A stretch of 64,000 nucleotides of DNA, from the NCBI RefSeq assembly GCF_030028105.1, contig NC_092370.1:114354443-114418442 (forward strand), in the 5' to 3' direction. This DNA comes from Mobula birostris. Lineage: Eukaryota. The translations under genes were made by a program, and so were the position numbers. Positions 35,721 to 45,934 of this stretch are shown here, piece by piece; within the stretch, counting starts at the first letter, position 1, and the number at the start of each line of letters is the position of its first letter. The notes beneath the pieces were generated by a model. The model was not told the DNA's origin. It did not search any database and saw only the letters and a program-made list of their open reading frames with translations.

Positions 35721-36164
35721 TACCAGTAAGCGCAGTAGTAGGTGCCGGAATCATCCTCGTTTATATTCGGCAAGAGCAGAGTGCACGATTGAGTCTCAGG
35801 TACTTTGCTCGCAATTAATCGTTCGTCAGACACATCCCTCTGAGTGTCCGATGAATTCTTAAAATACAATAGCCGCTGGAGGCCTTGACCCGGCCTCTAC
35901 CGGTACCAATGTATAACAGCTTCCGCAAAGTCGACTTGTTGAATATCACAGTAAAAGTGCACAGGTTCTGTCGGAGCCCTGGTAATCGATAATTGAGCCT
36001 GTGTCAATATCTGAAGCGCCACTTTACCTGTCGGAGAAAATAATACAACGTGATTGAATTATTCCACAGTGTGGTGACGAATGGCGAAAGAAAACAGGGA
36101 TTAAAATGAAGAAACACTGACCGAGAAAGGAGCTCAATAAAATGACGGTCAACAACACCTTCAT
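35721..36164 (-). pseudogene. TRGV: TCR gamma V segment 'V3' with one in-frame stop (leader 36122-36164, V exon 35721-36027)
   Basis: MKVLLTVILLSSFL/GKVALQILTQAQLSITRAPTEPVHFYCDIQQVDFAEAVIHWYR*RPGQGLQRLLYFK...DDSGTYYCAYW; TAG at 35897-35899. Confidence 0.9.
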
Positions 36165-36264
36165 GTTGGGGAGACAGAGCGTCGCGTTGATCCAAGTGAC
36201 TGAAATCCCGCCGACCGCTTCACTCCTCCTCGATGCCGCGAACTGCTGCTTCCTTTTGGCGCGA

Positions 36265-36272
36265 TGACGTCA
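36265..36272. promoter_or_regulatory. Palindromic CRE (TGACGTCA) in the V3 promoter
   Basis: Exact motif about 100 bp upstream of the ATG; CRE-type elements are established TCR V promoter motifs. Confidence 0.6.
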
Positions 36273-37131
36273 TGACCTGTCTTTTAATATTCAGACTCGG
36301 TGCTGAATTTCAATCCGGATCTCACCCCACCACATGACCCAGAAGCCCAACCCCGAGTGTGACCCCGAGGTGAATTCTTGTCCACGCACACCTGGCGTCT
36401 CTGCCTGAAGTCACCTGTCGCTGTAGCTTTCCATTATGACTCGGTAAGATCCACACTCAATTCTTCATTCCGACTACTCGCGGTAAACCTTCACGCTCTC
36501 GCTTATCTATAACTAATCTCCCTCTGCCTTCAAATTATTCAAAGCCCATGTTTACTCAAGAGTTCCCAGGAGTCACAGACTTTCGAGAGAAACCCCTCTC
36601 TTCATCTCCCTCGTTAATGGACAACAACCATTCAACACTGATTCCCATTCTAGGCTCTGGCACGAATGGAAACATCCTCTACACGCCTCACTGTCTACAT
36701 TCATCAGCGAACAGTACGTATTAATTAAGATCCCTTTTACTATTCAAAACTGCAGTAGTAATGAGTCTGGCCTGTCCATCCCTTTTTCATCGTTCCAATG
36801 AACCCTCTGTGAACTGCTTCTAGATAATTGACGTCCTTAAATGACCGGACCAATTCTGGACACGATATTCCAGGTGTGACTCCGTACACAGGGCATAAGT
36901 TCGCTAACTTTGTAGTAAATTGCGCTTGTAATAAACAACTATCTTCCGTGAGCTGTTCTGAAGACCTGCCGCACCTGTGTTTTCTGCACCACGTGCCGCT
37001 TCCCACTTCAGCACTGGATCCCTGAATAGACCTACATTCCTTTTATTTAGTGGGAACGCTGCCTCCATCTCCGGTCAATGACACGAATTTTCCTTTCCCT
37101 GGTGAAACAGTCGAGCATTAGGAGAGACTGG

Positions 37132-37170
37132 GGTTTTTGTATCGCCCTTCTGCCGCCGCTTCACACTGTG
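37132..37170 (-). other. Consensus 23-RSS of V4
   Basis: CACAGTG, 23 nt, ACAAAAACC. Confidence 0.95.
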
Positions 37171-37564
37171 CCGACCCAGCGGGCACAGTAATAGATGGCG
37201 GCATCTGTCAGGGCAATGTTGTCAATCGCAAGAGAGAAGAAAGAGCCACTACCCTCGGCTGTGAACTCCCGGATCCCGCTCCGTTCGCCCTTTGCTAAAG
37301 CGCAGGATCCTTCTGGGTGCCTGGTTGGCGAGTTGCTGGTACCAGTGGATGTCATCGAGTGCCCTTGCCTCGCACAGTATCTTCACCGTCGTCGTCTCGG
37401 GCTTCGTGATTGAAATGTGAGGCATCTTCAATTCCTCGGCCAGATATCCAGCTGTAAACGAAAGACACTGAAGCCACGCTACAATGAAGGAAAAAGCTGG
37501 AGCGGTGGTGGACATACTTTCCGAGGGAAAGCGCCAGGGCGGTAAGCAGTGAACAGAGCGACAT
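37171..37564 (-). pseudogene. TRGV: TCR gamma V segment 'V4', frameshifted (leader 37518-37564, V exon 37171-37451)
   Basis: Leader MSLCSLLTALALSLG; AGYLAEELKMPHISITKPETTTVKILCEARALDDIHWYQQLANQAPRRILRF...RDPG, then a shift to EFTAEGSGSFFSLAIDNIALTDAAIYYCARWV. Confidence 0.88.
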
Positions 37565-39107
37565 GATGCAGCGGTGAAATTTCCGGGGGACTAGCTCCTC
37601 TCAGGGCCTCGTTAGATGTAATCAGCAAGTGCCCGGATACAGGCGGGTTGTTTCAGCGGCTGCGCAGTGTGTCCTTCACCGTCACCTTCATTTTCACTTT
37701 CATTCGTCCTTCCTTTTCCCATCAGAGAGAGGCGAACAGCAGTGGTTTCTGTTGCCAGTCTGAGGATGTAGAACTTTAGAATATATAAGGTGCCACATTA
37801 AAAATTATGCAACCTCCTTTCTCTCGACTTCCCATAGACGAGGATGGAAGTATCCGGGAGAGAAGTAACTTTCGCCGTTAGTTATGCTTTTATTGCCTTC
37901 CTGACTTCGCTCTGCCTCCGGCATTCCTCTCGCATTGTCTCGTCACTCATTTTCTCCCTCATTTGTGCCAGGTCTTTCAAAGCTCCGAAATCTCCAGAGC
38001 GAGGGATACGTGAAGCTTGACCGCTGAGCGATTACAACGATCTCGCTTCAGATTCTGAGGGTTGACGTGGCACGCCACAGAGATGAGAACATCAAAGAAG
38101 GGGAAATGGGAGCGGATTAGTCCGTTCATCCTCGTGTTCATGGTTCATAAAGATCATGGCTGATCTTCAAGTTTAGCTCCACTTTCCTGTCTTCCAATTC
38201 CCCTAATCTCCAAATAAATTTATTTACCCAGAATAGACTCATGGATTAGTTGAGTGCACAGCATGGAAGCGGGCCTTTCTGCACAACTCCTCCATATTGA
38301 CCAGCGGTAGTCCCATTTGCCTGCGTTAGACCGATATTGCTCTCTAAACCTTCCTATTGTAACCTGTCTAAATGTTTTTAAACTTTGTTATTGCATCTGC
38401 TATTCCCTGGCCATTTATCCCAGACGATCTACATAGATCCTATTGTAATCTCAAGGAGCCATCTTCACTGTCCGCTACACTGCTGAGTTTGATTTCATTC
38501 ACAAACCTACTAAACATGCTGACTACATTATCGTCCATGTTATTAATGCACGTCTGTGGGTAACGAACAGCCTGTGGAACACCAATCATCACAGGTTCCA
38601 CGATCATACTCCATACTTTGACTCTTAACACCAGGCTAAGTCTGAATGCAACTGGTTCGTCCACTCTTAATCGCGTGTCATCTCATCTTCTGGACCAGTT
38701 TATCATGCGGAGCCTTGTTAAATTTGCTAAAATCAATGCAGTCATTTTGTACCACCATGCTCTCGTTGATTGTCTTGGTCACCTCCTAAAAAAATGTAAT
38801 TCTTGACATGATACCCAAAACACAATCTCATGCTGACTTTTCCTGATGAGCCGTTTCAATCCCAAATTCTGGGGTATCCCACATCTTCTTGTAAATCTCC
38901 CGCCACTGATTTTAGTCTCGCCCTCCCCCACCCTGTAGTTCCCAAATCTGTCCTTACAACACATCTTAATCAAACACGACAGTAGCCACCCGATACCCTT
39001 GTTACCTCACCTGTGGCTAACAGTTATAGAAATATCTTTGCCAGGTCTCCAACAATTCGTTTTCTTGTTTGTTTATTGAGACACGTCACCCAGCGATCCT
39101 CCGATTT

Positions 39108-39312
39108 CAGTCAGTCAGTCAATGGACGCCGTCCCGAATCCGGGGCTGGTGGCTATGCACCTCCACCTTCTTCCAGCTTGCGACAGCACCGAGTACAGCC
39201 TCTCCTGCAGTTTGTTCTCGCTGGATGCCTTGGCACCGCCCGCCGCCGCCCCGCCGAAATCGAGCCCGAGGTCGTGTCGGCTTCCAGCCGCGGCCGCTTC
39301 TTCGAACTCGCC
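39108..39312 (-). mobile_element. 5'-truncated retroposed fragment, probably the 3' end of an RTE-like LINE
   Basis: GC-rich insert flanked by the 10-bp direct repeat CCTCCGATTT (39098-39107, 39313-39322); (TGAC)n tail; frame ending LSQAGRRWRCIATSPGFGTASID* resembles the RTE C-terminal 'AQDR..WR' motif. Confidence 0.55.
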
Positions 39313-41185
39313 CCTCCGATTTATTCTCAGCCTGATCACAAGACAATTTGCAACGACCACTTAAGATACCAATCAGTAGGTCTTCGGAATATGAGAGGAA
39401 AGGAAAGTGGAGCATCTAGGGAGCGTACAAACTCCGTGCACGGTCACCTGTACAGTACTGTAAAGCTTTGTGTTAACTACCAGGCTACCCCTGCCTCTCC
39501 CTACATTTCTATAGTGTCATAGAATGCAATTTGTCTGCCCTTGCGAATGTATCCACCCTGATGCATTTTAAGACTGTCAGTACCTCCCCTTTTGTAATGT
39601 GAGATATATTTCAAGACAGTAATTTCAGAAAAGAAATATTCATTTAAGATCTCGCCCCATCTCCTTTGACTTCACTATCGTTCTGTTACCTTTTTGTTTT
39701 TGATAGAGTTATGGGCTACCTTAGGATTCCCCTTTACCTCGTCTGCCAAAACGATCTGATGCATTTGTCCTTCTGATTTTCCTTTCAAGTGTACTGGTAT
39801 GTCTATTATCCGGCACAAGCGATTCGCTTGATCCCAATTGATAATACACGATATATGCCTCCTTATTTCTGAAGAAACCCTCAATTTTCCTCATCAACTA
39901 GGGTTCCATAATGCTGCCAGCCTTGGCCATCAATCTGACTGGGTATATTTAAAGCAATGGTTGGTTGATACGTTCTTGATTAGTAAGGATATCAAAGGTT
40001 ACGGGGAGAAGTCAGGAAAACGTATTGAGAAGGGATAATATATCAACCATAATGTAATGGGGAGCAGACTCGATTGGCTAAATGGCCTAATTCTACTCTC
40101 TTCCCTTATACTTCCCTTGAACCCTCCCTATTACATTTACAGACCCTGCCACTTCCCATACCTACAAACAGCTTCTCCCAATCAACTTCTGCAGAATCAC
40201 GTCTAATGCCTTCAAAATTAGCCTTACACCAGTTTAGGACTTAAATTAGATGACCAGTCCTTTTTCTAAAGTCATCTAAAAACTGATAGTCAGTGATTGC
40301 AATGTGCCATAGCGCTGCACCCCACAGCAGTCATATGCGTTGCCCAATTTTCGAACAGCAGATCCCTCTCTTTTTACTTTTTGAGATATAGCGCGCAATA
40401 GACCTACCGGCCCTGCGAGAAATCGCCGATTTAATCCTTTGCTAAGCACGGGACAACTTACAGTGACCAACTAACCTACCAACCGGTACGTGTTGGAAAG
40501 TGGAGGGAAATCGGACCACCTGGAGGAAAGCGGAGAAAGTATAAATTCCTTACAGGCAGCTGCGGGAATAAAACATAATGCCAACCAGTACGTTACCATG
40601 CTGCACCACTCTTTAGTGAGGCAATCTACATGTTATTTGAGAAAATTGTTATAGACACATTTAACCATGGCATAACATGGATGATATGTGAATCGCAACA
40701 GTAGCAATAGCTGGTGTTCTCTTTCTTGCTGATAGACTGTGAGTTTGAGAGGTGCTGTCAGAGGAACCTGGGTAAGTAATTGCACTGCAATTAGTAGTCT
40801 GGATGTTTACAAATAATCAGTGTAGCTGGTGACAAGAATGAACCTTCAGGGCAGTTAGTTGTTGTTCATGAACGGGAGCAGCTTTGTTTTGGATGGCGTT
40901 GAGCCAAACACATGCACCTAAATGGAAAGAACGTCATAACACCCCGAAGTAGCTTCACAGACAATGGAAAGTCTTTGAAATGTCAGGAAGTGTGTTGTTT
41001 GCCCCAGAATACCCGGCCACATCATAGCCCAAGGTTCAAAGTAAAATTCATAATCAGTGTCACCACATAGAACACTGAAATTATTTTTCTGCGGCCGTAT
41101 GTGTTGTCTCAAAGTTTGTGTGGCTGGTCCAGTTGTACTTCCAGTCACTGAATATCAAGGGCAGTTAATTGTAAACACTTGCTGG

Positions 41186-42315
41186 TGTCATGGTCCGGTC
41201 CGTGAAGTCCGCATTCCGGTTCACAGTCCGGTCCATGGACTCAGGACTCTGGGTCTTCCAGCTGTCCCTTGTTTTGGTTGAGTTAATCATAGGCACCTGA
41301 TTCCCATTTTGGGGTTTGGAATATAAGTGGCCTTGAGATCGACTGTGGGCTGCTGGTTCGTCTTGTCAAGATTCCCTGGGAGCAACCTGCTGGTGGAAGG
41401 CTAGAGCGGCCACTTGCCATCTTTAGGCCACTTTGGAGAACCATCGCTTCATGGAGCCTTGCTGTCGGTAGTCGGAGCCGTCTTTGCGGTATGGATTTGG
41501 CCTTTTCCCGGGACAGCTGAGTGGCCGTCAGCCACTCCGAGCCAAGTAGGGAACCGGCTGTTTCCATAGCAGAAATGGAGCTAACTGTCGTTCTTTGGTG
41601 TTTGTCTCCTCTTGTCCGCGCTTACGTGGGCTAAGTCAGGCTGTTCTGCCGTTGCCCTGCGGGGGGATCTGTCTTGTCTTGTCTTCGCCTCCGTGGGTAA
41701 GTCAGGCCGTTCTGCCGTTGCCTTTGGGGGGGGGGGGGGGGGGGGACCTGCCTTGTCTTGTCTTTTCCTCTGTTGGGTAAATCTGGTCGTTCTGCCGTTA
41801 CCCGACGGATGGTCCTGTCCCACCTTGGTGTAGAGATAAAGTTGAGTCCCGGCTTGTCCAAGTATAAGTCCTGGCTCTATATTGATGTACAGTTCCAAGT
41901 CTGTCTCCGAGCTCCAGCCTCTGACTTACCAGTCTCCAGCCTCAAGCTTCAAGACTCAAGACTCAAGCCTCAAGACTCAAGACCCAGCCTCAAGATTCAA
42001 GAACCAAGACCGCAGTCACGTCCTGTCCTGTCGCCATGTCATGTCGTTGCCTAGTTCTGGGGTTCAAGCCCGAGGCAAGACCCAGGTCCTGGGTCCTTGT
42101 CCAGTCTCTGGCTCGGAGTCCAAGCCCAGGCTCCTAGTTCATAGTTCCTTGTCCGGGTTCCCTGCGCCTAGTCCATGTCCTAGCCCAAGTCTGCGTTCTT
42201 GTCCCTGCTCCTTGTCTGTACCCTGTCACATCCCTACTCTAGTCAAGTGCTGTTCCTTGTACTTCAGTGTCCGTGTCTTGCATTTGGGTCTGCTACCAGC
42301 GCCCCCATTGTGACA
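41186..42315 (+). mobile_element. Family B LTR-like insertion
   Basis: TGTCATGG...ATTGTGACA ends; TSD GCTGG/TCTGG; the empty site is visible in the paralogous sequence near 15410-15430. Confidence 0.85.
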
Positions 42316-43679
42316 TCTGGAGATTGTCATTGGCTGCACACTTGTGATAACGTAGGAAGTTTATTAATGAAGCAACTGAAAATGTACAGTCTAGGAAATG
42401 ACTTCAAAGCTCCCTCCTTTCTGTGATTTGTTACCCCAGTCCTTGGAGTGTTCTCCACCTAATGCCCATTGACTCGAGTTTTTCTCAGGGCTCCTGTGAG
42501 CTACAATAAACCAAATACTGTCCTGTTATGAAAAGCAGATCTCTCTCACCTCATCCCTAGAGTACAGTTCTTTGGGCCCTGTTTTGTGTTGTAAATAGCC
42601 AGATTGGATTTGCCCGACTTTATATGAACAGGACATCACTAGGCAAGTTCACTTGTTTATTTAGCGATACAGTGCCGATTATGCCCTTCTGGCCCTTCAC
42701 GTCACGCCGCCGCAGCGACTCCTGACAACCTCGATGAACCCTAACCTAATCATGGGACAATTTACAATGATCAGTTAACCTACTCGGTATGTCTTTGGAC
42801 AGTGAGAGGAAACCGGAGTACCCGGGGAAAATCCATGCATTCTATGGGGATGATCTACAGAGACACCTTGCGTACAGCGCCAGAATTCAACTCCGAACTC
42901 CGACGCCCTGAGTGGTAATTGCGCAGTGTTAATCACTACGTTCTCGTGGAACGAACCTTTCCAATGAATGGGTCAATGCTGGAACTGTATGAAAGCAGTC
43001 TGGCCAAAGACAAAGCCGGTTCTTCACCACAGGTGATCATTACAGCAGTCAGAATATTGTCTTGTCTGAAAGCGTTTGCTGAATCCAGTGCTCTCCATAC
43101 TTTATTAATTCCACGTGAAGAAATTCAGAACTGAATTCCTATGCAACCTGTACGATGCCCATGACCGTGCTGCAAGTTCTTGCTGAGTGCACTCCAGCAC
43201 GCATCCCAGGTCAAGTTAGTCCAGATTTCCTGCAATATGTGAATCATATCACTCCGGTGCCATATGAAGAAGTGCCTAGTCAACTTAGATTACTTACAGT
43301 CAAACGCCAGGTTCCTCTATCACAATGTTTGGGTAGCTCATACCTCACAGACACAGTCAGCAGCAGAATAGCGTAAATGTGAGTGTTCTCCACTTTGACT
43401 CCAGGTCCCACAATGTTGCCTCGTCTAAAGTCAAACTGTCGAGGAAGCATCTTCTTGATTGCCACCTACCATAGCCCATAAAGCAGTGGTTCTCCGTATT
43501 CTAAAACTTCGGAAGAATTGCCGAGAGTATCAAGAGTACTAAAAGTACTCTCGCTGAGGACTTTCCATGTTATGGAAAAGAGAATAGTGTAGTACAATAT
43601 AGGCCCTTCGGCCCATGATGTTGTGCTGACTCTTTAACATGTGATAAATAAATCTGAAACAGAATCAGAAATTACGTGC

Positions 43680-43950
43680 AATCCGCACCAAGGAGTGAAT
43701 TGGTACCAAGATGCACATGTCATCCCGACTGTCTGTTACTCGTAGTTCCCGTTTGGGAGGAGGAAGTTCAGGGATTGGGAAGTGGTTAACGCTCAGCTCA
43801 CCACGCCAGGAGATCAGCATCTCCCGGAGACGGACAATGCGGGTACAGTATCCCTGCCGCACCAGCAACCAGGCCACGCGGCGTGGTTCTGATGACAGAA
43901 TCCCTTGCCTTAGCTTCCACAGAGGGGAGACCCAGGATCGAGCAAAGACA
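43680..43950 (-). mobile_element. Degenerate gypsy gag fragment
   Basis: GLVAGAAGILYPHCP resembles a decayed GLCLYCG..GH....CP zinc knuckle; absent from the paralogous V1 flank. Confidence 0.4.
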
Positions 43951-44142
43951 AGGCTGCAAACCCGTAACTACAGCGGAAAACTTTCCTTCTTTCCAATGTA
44001 ATTGCGGACATGTAGAAGCAGCTGCTTCTATCCCTGCCTCTTGAGCAAACACCAACTCTGGCAGACATGGATAAGTGCAATTCTAACTGGGGGTCGCTGC
44101 ATCCTCCAGATCAACGGTTCCATTTGACTGGCTGCTCGTCGA

Positions 44143-44180
44143 GCTTTTTGTGCGATGTTTGCTTTCTATTACGTACTGTG
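44143..44180 (-). other. RSS of V2 (22-bp spacer)
   Basis: CACAGTA, 22 nt, ACAAAAAGC. Confidence 0.9.
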
Positions 44181-44604
44181 TAAACCCAGAAGGCGCAGTA
44201 ATAGGTGGCGGCGCTGTCAGTGTTAACCGCGATTCTGAGGTACACTTCTGAATCTGAAATCTTTAAGGCATTGAAGGATGGCCCGAATTCCGAATCCCGC
44301 GTTACGCTATCCCCATAGTAGAGTATCCTTTGGAGCGGCTTTCCGGGTTTCTGTTGGTACCAGTGAAGGGGTTTACTGCTGCTGACGGAGTCTCCTTTCA
44401 CTTGACACCGAATAAGCTCGCTTTTCCCGGCAAACGTTGTAATCGATAGCTGGGGCTGGATCAGTGTCTGAGCCACACTTCTACCTGCAAAAAGAGCAGA
44501 AACGGTAAAAGGATCCGCGCGGTGGGAAGGAGCGATAAAAGTTGAAGAGGTGTTGGTAACGCACAGCTGAAAAGCAGCACCACGAACCAGGGACCCTGCC
44601 ACAT
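44181..44604 (-). CDS. TRGV: TCR gamma V segment 'V2', apparently functional paralogue of V1 (leader 44565-44604, V exon 44181-44484)
   Basis: Leader exon identical to that of V1; GTGCGT donor; open frame CRSVAQTLIQPQLS...RCQVKG...LHWYQQKPG...ATYYCAFWV. Confidence 0.9.
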
Positions 44605-45934
44605 GCTTGTTGCGCCGTGTCAGTGTTTGGAATCTGAGAGGAAGCGCAGTTTATCAGCTTTTGTTGTCGTGGCTGAACCCGCCTCAGCTCCTACCCCGAA
44701 CCGTGTCCAAATCACTTATTTACACGAGACTGATAGCGCCGCCTTTCTTAGGGGGCGGGTGTTAGGGGCGGGGCACGCCCCAGTTTATTTCTTCCTTTCA
44801 TAATTTGGAGAGGTTTACTTGAATATCCCTCAATGTCACTCGGCCCCTCGGTTCCGTTTCCACAAACTGATCTTTATCTTAAACAGGACCGGAATATTAT
44901 GGAAATACTCAGTAATCCAAGCAATATTTCTCTTTTGCGTGGTTGCTAGATCCCCAGCGCCGCCTTCACGTCAATTCTCGTTCAGCTCTGCGCCCTATTG
45001 GTGAACCAGAAAGAGAGTCAGGCTTATTACCACAGACGTAAATCGCGAAATGTGTTGCTTTGCGACAGTAGAACAGTGCAAGACTGAAACATCAGTATCA
45101 GTTACAAAAATAATAAATAAAAGAAGACCTTTGTCTCATGGGCCCTTCAGAAATCTGATTGCGGAGGGGAAGAAACGGTTGTTAAAATATGGAATGTGGA
45201 TATTTAGATTCTTCTGCCTCTTCCTGATGGTATGAACGCGAATGGTGTCCCGGTTGGTGAGGGTCTTTAATAATGAATGCCTCCTTCTTGAAGCACTGCC
45301 TCTTAAACTGTCTTCGATGGCGGGGATGGTTGTGCCCGTGAGGGGGCTGGTTGAATCGACAACACTCTACGACGTCTAGAATTGCAGATTCCATACAAGC
45401 TGAATATTCTCCGTGGTATATCTGTAAATCTATTGTAGGAGTCTCTGCTGACACACCAAATCCCATCAAATTCCCAATGAAGTAGTGACGCCTGCAGTTC
45501 CACCCTGTTACTGAACAGTACAGTGTGCGGAATACATTGGGTTAGGAGGAGTGCTCTCTAACATGTGCCTGATGGAATGCTGAGTTTTCCCTTGCCCTGC
45601 TCCACCTTCTCAGCTGATTTCCTACTTCAGCGCCATTGATATCAATGACCTCCCCCCCCCCCCCCACAATGTCTACAGAGCTGCCAAAAGTCTCCCTGAT
45701 GGAATGTGGACTCGCCCCCGGTTAACGTTTCCATCCACTTCGAATATCTTGTTCATTTATATCACGAGAACTTGCAGCCCAGAAGACAAAACTTCAATAA
45801 AATTGAAGTGGGAGAAATTTACAGCTTCTGGCAGAGGGAAGCGATACTCCATGGATTTCTGGACACTGGGCCATTGAGCGTTTGTAGATGCATGTCTGAA
45901 ATTTCGACCTAATTTTACTTCTTTCCTACTGACC

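Noticed and set aside
36066-36093. Cryptic 12-RSS in the V3 intron (CACAGTG, 12 nt, GCGAAAGAA)
   Set aside because: The nonamer is too far from consensus, and a lone heptamer is expected by chance.
37184-37190. Embedded TACTGTG heptamer in V4 (and in V5 at 60661-60667) as a V-replacement signal
   Set aside because: It is a by-product of Tyr-Cys-Ala codons, has no supporting nonamer, and is absent from the functional V1 and V2.
39122-39364. DSTEYSLSCSL as an Ig/TCR constant-domain exon
   Set aside because: It lacks the other C1-set motifs and splice sites, is on the opposite strand to the V genes, and the TSD and tail indicate a retroposed insert.
41726-41745. Poly-G run (and a poly-C run near 45651-45665) as functional G-quadruplexes
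   Set aside because: These are simple homopolymers of uncertain assembled length, with no evidence of function.
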